This document shows, in pieces, positions 30,498 to 39,169 of a DNA stretch of 64,000 nt. The notes below the pieces were generated by a model that saw only the letters and a program-made list of their open reading frames with translations, did not search any database and was not told the DNA's origin. Numbering within the stretch: the stretch's first letter is position 1; each line of letters starts with the position of its first letter. A program made the translations under genes and the position numbers. Source of the DNA: a virus; the IMG/VR virus record IMGVR_UViG_3300005613_002762, positions 85,191-149,190 of that record; one strand, written 5' to 3'.

Positions 30498-31010
30498 ATG
30501 AAATCATTAGTAATTTTATTTTTATTCTTTTTCTCTTTTGGTTTAACCCAAACTCTTAATGAGTTGGTTATTAAAAAAATAAACAACTATAGAAAAGAAT
30601 ATGGATTACCTTCATTATTATATGCACCTGAAGCTAAATTGGCGAATGATCAAATGTTGAATTATATGACTCAAACTTGCACCGTTCCGTTAGATCATTC
30701 TCAAAGAATACCAACCAGTTTTCCTGTCACATTTGAAACATTCCAAGAAAGATATGAATACCTTTATAAAAACACATCATGTATTGCTCTTGGTGAAAAT
30801 TTATGTTCATTCGTTGATTTAAAGACAGATGAGGAAAGAGCAAATATGATACTTAATTTATGGAAAAATTCTCAATCCCATAATGCACTATTATTAAGTT
30901 TAAGATTTACCGGTATTTGTGTTGGTAATAAAACTACTAATAAGATTATTATAGATGGTATAACATTTAATGATAAGATTCGTTATTGTGTCTTAACAGT
31001 GTATAAATAA
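30498..31010 (+). CDS. CAP (SCP-like) domain secreted protein
   Basis: Signal peptide; 'INNYRKEYGLPSL', 'GENL', 'WKNSQSHNALLL'. Confidence 0.8.
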   Translation: MKSLVILFLFFFSFGLTQTLNELVIKKINNYRKEYGLPSLLYAPEAKLANDQMLNYMTQTCTVPLDHSQRIPTSFPVTFETFQERYEYLYKNTSCIALGENLCSFVDLKTDEERANMILNLWKNSQSHNALLLSLRFTGICVGNKTTNKIIIDGITFNDKIRYCVLTVYK

Positions 31011-31081
31011 AAAACACGATTTAACAACAAATACTTTGTATGTTGGAAAAATAAACCTATCTTTACAATAAAATACATATA

Positions 31082-32113
31082 ATGGATCTAAATAAATTTA
31101 AAGAACTTCTTTCAGTCCCGTCTAAAACTTATCAAGAAGATAGAATGGTTAATTATCTTATTGATGAACTTTCACAAATTAACGGGATTGAGGTGGTCTG
31201 TGATGAACATAACAATATCTATGTCACCAAAGGAACATTAGATGAAGGTGAATTTTACCCAATGTTTATCTCACACACCGACACGGTTCATAATATCGTT
31301 GATGAAATTATAGTTAAAGAAGAACACCTTCTTCGTCCTTATACATTCGGAAAAGACTTTGGGTCTGAACAAGTATTATGTTTAAAGGCTTACGATAAAG
31401 ATGACAAACCAACTGGTATTGGTGGTGACGACAAATGTGGAATCTTTATTTGTTTAGAATTACTTAAACAATTAGACAAAGTTAAGATCGCATTTTTTGT
31501 TTCAGAAGAAACAGGATGTCATGGGTCAAAAATGGTTGATTTAAACTTTTTAAAAGATGTTGGTTATTGCTCCCAATACGATGCACCTGGTGATCACTTG
31601 ATTTCATATAGTTGTATGGGAACCGTGTTATTTGATGAAAACTCTGAGTTTTTTGATGTCGCATATAGATCCATTTCAGAAGGTTTTAAAAACGAAATGA
31701 TGGTTCAAGCTCACCCATATACAGATATTATGATGATTAAACAAAAATCAAATCTATCTTGTATTAATATGTCTTGTGGTTATTACAACATGCACACATC
31801 AAATGAGTTTGTTTGTATTTCTGATGTTGAGAGAGCAATTGTTGCAGGAAAAAACATGGTTGATAATTTGGGTTTAAAAAAATATGAATTTAGATCTGAA
31901 CCAAAATCAACAACAACCACAACAACTTTATTTGATTTTGAGGATCAGGATCCATTTTACGATGAGGTTCATCAACTTACATCTATTGATGTTATTGAGG
32001 ATAAGGATGGTATTGTAATTGTTGATTTCTACGACGACAATAAATTCTATATTGACGATGAAGATGGTTATAAATTATACGAGATTTTAAAGAACCGTTA
32101 TTCTTTAGATTAA
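31082..32113 (+). CDS. Zn-dependent peptidase, M20/M28/M42 clan
   Basis: 'SHTDTV', 'GGDDKCG', 'SEETG', 'GYYNMHT'. Confidence 0.85.
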   Translation: MDLNKFKELLSVPSKTYQEDRMVNYLIDELSQINGIEVVCDEHNNIYVTKGTLDEGEFYPMFISHTDTVHNIVDEIIVKEEHLLRPYTFGKDFGSEQVLCLKAYDKDDKPTGIGGDDKCGIFICLELLKQLDKVKIAFFVSEETGCHGSKMVDLNFLKDVGYCSQYDAPGDHLISYSCMGTVLFDENSEFFDVAYRSISEGFKNEMMVQAHPYTDIMMIKQKSNLSCINMSCGYYNMHTSNEFVCISDVERAIVAGKNMVDNLGLKKYEFRSEPKSTTTTTTLFDFEDQDPFYDEVHQLTSIDVIEDKDGIVIVDFYDDNKFYIDDEDGYKLYEILKNRYSLD

Positions 32114-32115
32114 TG

Positions 32116-33249
32116 TTAATTAATTCTATACTCAGTCGGGTCAAATAAACCTGGCTGAGTTGCCATTGCAATCACACTATCAACATCAGAAACACCTATT
32201 TTAGAGTTCCAATTTTGTCGTGAGGTTCCAACTCTAAATGTTACTTTGAGTGTTTCAGGATCCACCTTTTCAACTTTAAGGTAATGTTTTTTATCGGGTA
32301 ATTGTTTAAATTGAAATAAATCCAACTTTCCAAGTTTTTGCATTACTTCAATATAATCTGAATCAATTTCTTCATGAGCTTTTTCAATATACTCATCCAT
32401 CAGATCTTCAAGTTTTTCACAAGTTTCAGATTCAAAAATTTCATTATCCCAAACATTATATTCAATTTCGTAATACTCAGGTGGGTGATTATTAAAACCT
32501 CTTTCTATCGCACTGAATAATAGATCTAAAACATTCTCATCAAAGTCCCCTTTATCTATATATAACTGAACAAGATTTCCCCAAGTTATAAAGTAGGTTC
32601 TAAAACAATTTGTAAAATTACTCTTTCCCCAATTTTCAATACCAAATTGTTTTAGACCATCACAATAGGTTTTCTCCATTAGTTCTTGAGCTCCACTTGA
32701 AACCGCACGATCTTTTCCCATACAAACGATTTCATCAATTGCATCACCAAGTCTAGGAAAAAACTTATCTAATATTGTTGGTAGATCACCTCCGCCATCA
32801 TATCTTATACGACCGTTATTTGTTCGTATAAAATCTTTACTTGTAGATGGGTCTAAAAACTCGGCAAGTTGTTTTAGTTTTAACATCGCAGAATCACAAA
32901 AATAACCTAAGGTATATCCCTCACTCCAATCATCGTATGCTCTATCTTGACACTCACTATAAAAGTCCCACTGACCGTAATACATTCTATCGTAATTTAC
33001 GGCCTCCCACTCACCATCACTACCTTCTTCATATGTCTCTTGAAAGAAAAACTTTAAAAACTGTTCTAAATCATCAAAATGAAACAATAGACCATGTTTG
33101 GTTACTTCAATAGTATCTCTGAAGTTATTTCCATCTTTATCATAGAAATCAACGTCATTATAATCCAACTTATTTTTATTTAAAAGTAGAATTTTTCTAA
33201 AATCTTCTAGTTCATCTATGTCGTTTTCTATAAGAAGTCTTTTTTTCAT
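32116..33249 (-). CDS. Hypothetical acidic protein (late motif)
   Basis: 377 aa; begins MKKRLLIE. Confidence 0.65.
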   Translation of the reverse strand: MKKRLLIENDIDELEDFRKILLLNKNKLDYNDVDFYDKDGNNFRDTIEVTKHGLLFHFDDLEQFLKFFFQETYEEGSDGEWEAVNYDRMYYGQWDFYSECQDRAYDDWSEGYTLGYFCDSAMLKLKQLAEFLDPSTSKDFIRTNNGRIRYDGGGDLPTILDKFFPRLGDAIDEIVCMGKDRAVSSGAQELMEKTYCDGLKQFGIENWGKSNFTNCFRTYFITWGNLVQLYIDKGDFDENVLDLLFSAIERGFNNHPPEYYEIEYNVWDNEIFESETCEKLEDLMDEYIEKAHEEIDSDYIEVMQKLGKLDLFQFKQLPDKKHYLKVEKVDPETLKVTFRVGTSRQNWNSKIGVSDVDSVIAMATQPGLFDPTEYRIN

Positions 33250-33332
33250 ATATTTATAAATATATTGAATAATACAAATCTTTGTATTATATTTGTATTA
33301 TAGTTCTTTGAAAATAGTCATTTAAGATATAT

Positions 33333-33751
33333 GGGCCTATATCGGATTTGACGGGCGTTGGTTGGATAAAAGAAGCATGTAGGGACTAAGTTAATCTCTT
33401 TAAAAACTGACTTAGAAAACAACTGGCAATGTGCTAAACAAAATGGAAACTCTTGGTTTACTAAGAGGTTCTGAAGTTACTGTAGCTTAATAAGATACGG
33501 AAACGGGGGGTCGGTCAGACAGATAACCTAGCAACAGAAGTCGTAGATGAGTTGGTTTTCACTCTAAAAGAAAACAACGGTCTCGTTCAGAGGGCTACCG
33601 TAACAAAAGTGAACTCGACACAGTTTTTGGTAACAATGTCAAAATAGGAACCAAATATTTTGGAAGGTATGAAAAACCTTAACCTAAACATGTAGTTGTC
33701 TTTTTGACAAAACGAGCCGGACGAGGGAGTCGGAGCCCTCTAGGTCCACCA
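33333..33751 (+). ncRNA. ssrA: tmRNA
   Basis: 5' GGGCCTATATCGGATTTGAC pairs with 3' TAGGTCC-A-CCA (G3:U70 alanine identity). 'aactggc' resume context; tag frame 33425-33493 GNVLNKMETLGLLRGSEVTVA**. Confidence 0.92.
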
Positions 33752-33755
33752 ATTG

Positions 33756-33788
33756 ATCCCATCATTTAATTATGATGGGATTTTTTTA
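33756..33788 (+). terminator. tmRNA terminator
   Basis: atcccatcat-ttaatt-atgatgggat followed by a T run. Confidence 0.8.
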
Positions 33789-33832
33789 TGCATTAAAATT
33801 ATTGTGTATTTGATTGTGATTTTTTTGAGCAC

Positions 33833-33857
33833 AAAAAAAGGGACAACTAAGTCCCTA
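33833..33857 (-). terminator. Terminator of the large ncRNA
   Basis: agggac-ttagtt-gtccct followed by a T run on the minus strand. Confidence 0.7.
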
Positions 33858-33859
33858 AA

Positions 33860-34810
33860 TGTTTTTGCCGGTCGCTCCATCTTTTTAAAAAAGAAACGCT
33901 GAGATTACACGTTTGTTGCGAGAACCTTTAGAGTCATTATTGTTTCTACTCTTATCCACTTTCTTTTGGAAAGTATTTCTCAGTGTTGGTTATTTAGGTG
34001 AACCACTCCTTGAGATCTTATCTACACTCTTACTACTTGACTCTCTTCGAGGATGCCTCCCCAACTCGTCCTTGCGGGATTAGAGATCTTTGGTAAAAAT
34101 ACACTTGGTCTTGGGAACCTCATGTGCCACGGACAGCCCGTGACTAAGTAAACACCTTTCGACAAGATCTGACAGACACTTTTCCTTATTTTATTAATTA
34201 ATTTGACTTAATACAATAGTCATAAGTTTGTGTCGTGGATTATCGAAGTAGTGGTCTGCCAACCGAGCCAACCCATTTTTTGAACGAGTCGATACTCAAC
34301 TACTCCGTGAAATGTCCCCATTTCCATATTTCAAGACTACTTCGAAACTAACCCCTTGGTAGAAGTTGGTTAAGGTTAGTAACGACACCACTCGTACACT
34401 AACATACCTTTCGGCTTTAAGTATCCTTTTATATTGGGAAACGCAATAATGAAATCGGATAATCTCATGTTTTGCAATATCCCTACGAGTTATTCCTATT
34501 GTTGTTCCCAACTCAACTGAACGACCCACATCGCCCAATCATCTAACCACTTTCCCTACAGCGTTGCCCTCGGTACTAAAGGTTAAACGGTATCCCGCTT
34601 GTGTACTCAAGCTCCTAAAAGAAGCCGCAAATCATCTAACACAAATGACTCACTTTATCCTACTTTCGTAGTTTATTTTATGGACCATACACAGCCCAAT
34701 ATCTTTATCATTCAAAGATGGAAATTTTATTCCAATTACTTGTCAAAGAATCTGACAAAACTTTTCCTGAACGGATAATCTATTTCTTCAAAGAACGTTT
34801 CGGACTTTTC
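33860..34810 (-). ncRNA. Large (~900-950 nt) structured ncRNA, GOLLD-like candidate
   Basis: No credible ORF, GC-enriched, many GNRA hairpins and long-range helices; own tandem promoters, boxA-like site and terminator; next to tmRNA/tRNAs. Family assignment is tentative. Confidence 0.75.
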
Positions 34811-34914
34811 CGATTTGTTTTACAAAGTTAAGACATTTATTTTGATCTGTCAAGTACTTTGTGAACTTTTTTTTTAATTTTTTTTCGGTTGTTTCCGATT
34901 GTTTTACAAATGTA
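34788..34914 (-). promoter_or_regulatory. Tandem Bacteroidota-type promoters plus boxA-like site for the large ncRNA
   Basis: TAACTTTG (34823-34830) and TACATTTG (34907-34914), each followed by taaaacaa(a)tcggaa; GTTCTTTGA at 34788-34796. Confidence 0.7.
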
Positions 34915-34925
34915 AAAAACTTTTT

Positions 34926-35102
34926 TTAATTATTCAAGTCCTTTACAATATTTTTTTCTACATACACATCATATGTTCCGTAGAATCGTGCTCTTAATTG
35001 TGCAAACTCCAAATTTGATGTCCACAATGTTTTTCCGTTTGAAATATATGAATACATCTCAACGTCTTTAACTTCTTTTTCTTGTTTTATTTCTTCACTC
35101 AT
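34926..35102 (-). CDS. Small hypothetical protein (58 aa; not in ORF track)
   Basis: MSEEIKQEKEVKDVEMYSYISNGKTLWTSNLEFAQLRARFYGTYDVYVEKNIVKDLNN; TATTTAT at ~35135. Confidence 0.55.
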   Translation of the reverse strand: MSEEIKQEKEVKDVEMYSYISNGKTLWTSNLEFAQLRARFYGTYDVYVEKNIVKDLNN

Positions 35103-35158
35103 GTTATTATTGTATTACAAGTGAAATGATAGTATAAATATAAAAATGAGTCAAATAT

Positions 35159-35827
35159 TTAAAGAACTTTTTTCATGATTTCTTTAATTCTTACCACATC
35201 TTCATTTACAGATTCTTTTTTCAAACTCGCAATCCCTTTGAAAAAATCGGTCATTGGTCCTAAATCGAACAATTGAAAATCATCGTCACCCCCAAAATCT
35301 ATCTTTTTATCGGTGTCATCTTTTTTTTCATCGTCAGAAAAATCGTCCGTTTCAATTTCATTACTTTTACCACTGAAAATTGACTTAGAATTTTTTAATA
35401 AATCTCTTAAGTGTTTACCAAAAGGAAGACCAATATGGACATGAGTCATTTTATCGTGACCAACCCATTCAGAAACTACACCTATTCTATCACCAACTTT
35501 GACTTTATCACCAGCACTTAATTTAACATCTTTAAGGTGTGTATAAAAAATTTCAGGAAATCCATCCGTTCCTGAAACTGTGACTTGAGTTCCATATATT
35601 TTACCTGAATTTTTTCCTGTATCTCTAACTTTTTTGACCGTTCCATTTGTGTATGAATTAACAACCGAACCTGCAGGCGCAAATACGTCCCAAGCATTAT
35701 CTGATTGCCAATTCCCTAAAGCTCTTGATCCGTGATTTTTTGGACCATTTTCTAAATCGGTACGAAATGGACCACCTATATTGGTTGAACCTTCAGATAT
35801 TATTTTTTTTGAAGTATTTCTATTCAT
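35159..35827 (-). CDS. M23 family metallopeptidase (peptidoglycan hydrolase-like)
   Basis: 'AWDVFAPAGSVV', 'FYTHLKD...GDKVKVGDRIG', 'THVHIG'. Confidence 0.8.
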   Translation of the reverse strand: MNRNTSKKIISEGSTNIGGPFRTDLENGPKNHGSRALGNWQSDNAWDVFAPAGSVVNSYTNGTVKKVRDTGKNSGKIYGTQVTVSGTDGFPEIFYTHLKDVKLSAGDKVKVGDRIGVVSEWVGHDKMTHVHIGLPFGKHLRDLLKNSKSIFSGKSNEIETDDFSDDEKKDDTDKKIDFGGDDDFQLFDLGPMTDFFKGIASLKKESVNEDVVRIKEIMKKVL

Positions 35828-35871
35828 AAGTTTGGATCTTATAGACTTATTTTAATATAAATACTTCTATA

Positions 35872-36342
35872 TTATAAAAACCATTCAGGGATATCTCTAT
35901 TTTTCCATTTACAAAAATCTTTTTTTGCTCCTACGTAATAATTTCTGTATGATTGTATTACATCACCAACTTTATATTCGTCAGGCATTGCCTTTGGTGG
36001 TGTGGTGAAGTCTTTATCAACAATATCAGGTTTATTCATTAAACACCATTCAATCACATCTTGAGATTTATGACGTTTTCCATAACGATATGTATATTCC
36101 TTACACAACTCTAATCCAAGATCACAAAGGTATAAGTAATTAGATAAACTCTCACGAGTCCATATAGCACATGGGTGATTTTTGTGAGATAACTTGTAGG
36201 GTACTTGGGGAGTAACTTGGGGGGTCATATGATGAACACCACACAGAAGTTGTGCTGTTTCCAATATCATTTTAACCACATGTTTATCACAATGGTATTT
36301 AGCACATTTTTTGGTGTCAAAATCTAAAAAGAAAATATTCAT
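35872..36342 (-). CDS. Pyrimidine-dimer DNA glycosylase / endonuclease V family
   Basis: 'MNIFFLD...HCDKHVVKMILETAQLL', 'HKNHPCAIW', 'EYTYRYGKRH', 'SYRNYY'. Confidence 0.8.
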   Translation of the reverse strand: MNIFFLDFDTKKCAKYHCDKHVVKMILETAQLLCGVHHMTPQVTPQVPYKLSHKNHPCAIWTRESLSNYLYLCDLGLELCKEYTYRYGKRHKSQDVIEWCLMNKPDIVDKDFTTPPKAMPDEYKVGDVIQSYRNYYVGAKKDFCKWKNRDIPEWFL

Positions 36343-36365
36343 ATCACAAAGATATGAAAAAATCT

Positions 36366-36986
36366 TTACTGATTCAAATAACTCATTAAAACACCGCCGA
36401 TTGATGATGCGTGAACTTGAAGATGGGTAATTTCTTCAACGTTTAGATCTTTTTTGTCTTTAACGTAATCAACAGATAAAACCCCAATAAATTTATCTTC
36501 AATTGTTTTAATTGCAAATAAATAAGACGACTTACATCCTGTTTCTTCTGCAACATACTTTAATCCAAAAGTTGGTATTTCTTCATTAGTATAATCAGAG
36601 ATTTCGATTGCATCGTTATTTAATAATTCATTAATAGACTTAGAAAATAAATTAACAGGAATGTTTTTAAAATTAGTTTGAACAGATTGTGCGTGTTGAC
36701 CAACGGTTTCATACATTATTGAAAATTTCGCCATTGATTTTCCTGTTGGGTAAAAATTTCCTCCATTATGAAATTGAGAAACCCAAACTCTGTCAGCATC
36801 AAATTCTTCTTTAATGTGTTCGATTTTTGAGTTTATTAACTCACTAACCCTTAATGTGTCCATAACCATGTCTGGTTTTGGTTTCTTTTTAGATTCTAAA
36901 TAGTGTTTTATAAACATTATTAAAATAGGCCCCAAAACACCTGTTAAAAAGGCCACCATTACTGTTGAGAAATTATCCATATTCAA
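36366..36986 (-). CDS. Single-TM plus GAF-like domain protein (T4 holin T-like architecture?)
   Basis: N-terminal TM; GAF pattern 'ADRVWVSQFHNG...KSSYLFAI..FIGVLSVDY'. Confidence 0.6.
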   Translation of the reverse strand: MNMDNFSTVMVAFLTGVLGPILIMFIKHYLESKKKPKPDMVMDTLRVSELINSKIEHIKEEFDADRVWVSQFHNGGNFYPTGKSMAKFSIMYETVGQHAQSVQTNFKNIPVNLFSKSINELLNNDAIEISDYTNEEIPTFGLKYVAEETGCKSSYLFAIKTIEDKFIGVLSVDYVKDKKDLNVEEITHLQVHASSIGGVLMSYLNQ

Positions 36987-37045
36987 TTAATAAATATTAT
37001 AAATTAAAAAAGCCCACATAAAATGTGAGCTTTTAGTGAAAATAA

Positions 37046-37219
37046 TTAAGCGTTGTTTTTAACGATTATCGACCAGATTGCACCTGCCAATGTAGTAACA
37101 CCACCGATGATTTCGGTAAGGATCGTCTCGTCAATTAATCCTTTTGTTATTAGAATACCACCAACAAAAGTTAATGTGTGTCTAAGAATACCTAATAATT
37201 GTTCTTTAGATAATTTCAT
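37046..37219 (-). CDS. Small two-TM holin-like protein (57 aa; not in ORF track)
   Basis: MKLSKEQLLGILRHTLTFVGGILITKGLIDETILTEIIGGVTTLAGAIWSIIVKNNA; TATTTAT at ~37247. Confidence 0.7.
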   Translation of the reverse strand: MKLSKEQLLGILRHTLTFVGGILITKGLIDETILTEIIGGVTTLAGAIWSIIVKNNA

Positions 37220-37409
37220 GTCAAAATATTTATTGTTTATTTAAACATAAATATCTTAAAGTTTGTAAAACTACTTCTCTTTTTTAAATTGTAAAGACTT
37301 AAGTAAAACAAATCCAAGTAGTATAATTGGAAATAAAATAGCGATTAAGACAGATGTATTCATGTTTTTTTGATTTTTATATTGACGAAAAAAAAGTTAA
37401 AATTTTATA

Positions 37410-37607
37410 TTATTTTTTAATAAACCCCTTGAAATAGTTTTCCCATTTATCAGTTGCAGGTGAAATAATAAAGTATCCAATTAAACCAAGAATAATACTT
37501 GTGAATGAGACTTGATTAGTCACGTAGAATGATAGAAAATAAATCCCAATCATTACAAATATGATTGACATAAAGGACATTAAAAAATTTAAAATAGTGT
37601 TTTTCAT
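37410..37607 (-). CDS. Small membrane protein
   Basis: 65 aa, two hydrophobic helices. Confidence 0.5.
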   Translation of the reverse strand: MKNTILNFLMSFMSIIFVMIGIYFLSFYVTNQVSFTSIILGLIGYFIISPATDKWENYFKGFIKK

Positions 37608-37641
37608 AAAAAAGTTAGTTTATAAGTTATTTGTTTGTTTG

Positions 37642-37715
37642 TGGTCCCTGTTGGGATCGAACCAACCACCTACTGATTATGAGTCAGTTGCTCTAACCGA
37701 ATGAGCTAAGAGACC
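37642..37715 (-). tRNA. tRNA with CAU anticodon (Ile2 or elongator Met)
   Basis: GGTCTCTTAGCTCATTCGGTTAGAGCA-ACTGA-CTCATAA-TCAGT...GGTTCGATCC; no encoded CCA. Confidence 0.9.
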
Positions 37716-37724
37716 AAAAGGAAA

Positions 37725-37955
37725 TTAGGCCTTTGCCAAATGTTTTTCCATCATTTCATTTGCTTTAGTTATTGCCAAATCTTTCGTTTTAAATCCTTTC
37801 TCCTTTAAAGATTTTGCATGATAGATATCATAATCGGTTGATGCAACCTGAGGTTTTGAACCTCGTCCTTTACTTGTTCTCATGGTGTCTTTAGCGTAGA
37901 TATCATAAAAACCTACTTTACAAATGTAACGTCCTCTTGTTTGTCCTTTACTCAT
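37725..37955 (-). CDS. Hypothetical basic protein
   Basis: 76 aa; TATATTTG at 37989-37996. Confidence 0.6.
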   Translation of the reverse strand: MSKGQTRGRYICKVGFYDIYAKDTMRTSKGRGSKPQVASTDYDIYHAKSLKEKGFKTKDLAITKANEMMEKHLAKA

Positions 37956-38026
37956 TTTTCTTTTTTTTTATTTAGTGATACAATTATACAAATATACGAT
38001 TAAAAAATCAAATAACCAATTTTTTT

Positions 38027-38308
38027 TTAAAAAGTTTCATCCCATTCTGAGATCACAAATGATAAAGAAATGAAATCATCTTTTTTATTATAATGAACTC
38101 TAAAACCCCCTGTTCCAATACTAACTTTTTGATTAATAGAATCTTCCATTAATCTTCTTGCCATTTCCCTTATTTCAGGTTCAGTTGGGATTCCATCTTC
38201 TGCAGATGCCCATTTCCATTCTAACGCAACCATGGTTCGGTGAACTTTGGAAAAGTCAAACCAATCCATAATTTTATCAATAGCTTTTTTGTGTTTATTT
38301 TTCATCAT
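38027..38308 (-). CDS. Hypothetical protein
   Basis: 93-aa ORF. Confidence 0.6.
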   Translation of the reverse strand: MMKNKHKKAIDKIMDWFDFSKVHRTMVALEWKWASAEDGIPTEPEIREMARRLMEDSINQKVSIGTGGFRVHYNKKDDFISLSFVISEWDETF

Positions 38309-38577
38309 TTTAATTCTTGAACTTGTTTCATAATATTAGTTACATCTTCTTCAGTTAAGTATCCGATCACATCGTTAGTCACAGGAGTCTCGTAAGTAAG
38401 ATTACCATCAGAGTCCAATACTGCAACTTCATAAAGACCATTACGACCTCCGTATGAATGAGTGTGTGAAATAACAGATACACCATATCCATTGTCAAAT
38501 TGCATACGAGACTTTTTACCAACCATATATGGAGGATCATTTAATTGTTCAAATTCTAGATCTTCAAAAGTTTTCAT
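38305..38577 (-). CDS. Phage hypothetical protein
   Basis: 'FDNGYGVSVI...SYGGRNGLYEVAVL...TPVTNDVIGYLT'. Confidence 0.65.
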   Translation of the reverse strand: MKTFEDLEFEQLNDPPYMVGKKSRMQFDNGYGVSVISHTHSYGGRNGLYEVAVLDSDGNLTYETPVTNDVIGYLTEEDVTNIMKQVQELK

Positions 38578-38608
38578 AGTTTTTAATTTAATATATCATT
38601 TTTTTTTG

Positions 38609-38691
38609 AAGTCAGGGTAGGATTCGAACCTACAATGAGCAACCATCTATAACAGATGGATTCAACACCATGTCTCTTTACACTCCTGACC
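38609..38691 (-). tRNA. Aberrant tRNA-like element (no canonical D arm or anticodon loop)
   Basis: Acceptor GGTCAGG/CCTGACT, perfect T arm GTAGG-TTCGAAT-CCTAC, hairpin CCATC-TGTTATA-GATGG. Confidence 0.6.
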
Positions 38692-38716
38692 TTCCTGTGT
38701 TACCTTAACAGGTTTG

Positions 38717-38788
38717 TAGCCCCACCGGGAGTCGAACCCGACTTTCCAGGATGAAAACCTGGCGTCCTAACCGATAGACGATGGGGCC
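38717..38788 (-). tRNA. tRNA-Glu(UUC)
   Basis: GGCCCCATCGTCTATCGGTTAGGACG-CCAGG-TTTTCAT-CCTGG...GGTTCGACTCC. Confidence 0.93.
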
Positions 38789-38818
38789 ATTTAACAAATC
38801 TTTCTTTAACTTTTTTTG

Positions 38819-38892
38819 CGGTCTGGACGGGACTCGAACCCGCGACCCCCTGCGTGACAGGCAGGTATTCTAACCAACTGAACTACCAGACC
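38819..38892 (-). tRNA. tRNA-Asp(GUC)
   Basis: GGTCTGGTAGTTCAGTTGGTTAGAATA-CCTGC-CTGTCAC-GCAGG...GGTTCGAGTCC. Confidence 0.95.
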
Positions 38893-38898
38893 GAGTTG

Positions 38899-38973
38899 TG
38901 GTATGGGAATGGAATCGAACCATCGGCACAAGGGGTTTCCGTCCCTTTGCTCTACCTTCTGAGCTACCACACC
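38899..38973 (-). tRNA. Phe-like tRNA with an 8-nt anticodon loop (aberrant)
   Basis: AAGGG-ACGGAAAC-CCCTT anticodon arm; one extra base at the T/acceptor junction. Confidence 0.7.
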
Positions 38974-39169
38974 ATTTATTTGTAGTTAAGTAGTTGACAC
39001 ACACTCTCGTTTCACCATCTTATGTCAACAGGTTAATGCACTTAACGAGTTTCCCTTTTCTTACCACCACAATATTTTAAATCAAAGAACTTTTTCCCTC
39101 TCGTGTGGGGGTGAGTCCACCATCACATTTTCTCACCCCCGTTTGTTTTACAAATATAAGAACTTTATT

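Noticed and set aside
34296-34538. 80-aa ORF inside the large ncRNA
   Set aside because: No initiation context, composition unlike the phage genes, and it overlaps RNA helices
33860-34810. rRNA fragment, RNase P or group I/II intron
   Set aside because: I could not find rRNA signatures, the RNase P P4 motif, or intron core motifs and an interrupted host gene; an Rfam scan is still needed
37053-37244. 63-aa plus-strand ORF
   Set aside because: The minus-strand 57-aa two-TM ORF with a late motif is the more credible gene
38609-38691. Ochre suppressor tRNA / alternative genetic code
   Set aside because: The loop lacks U33 and a purine at 37. Core genes read full length in code 11 with TAA as the main stop, so there is no sign of recoding
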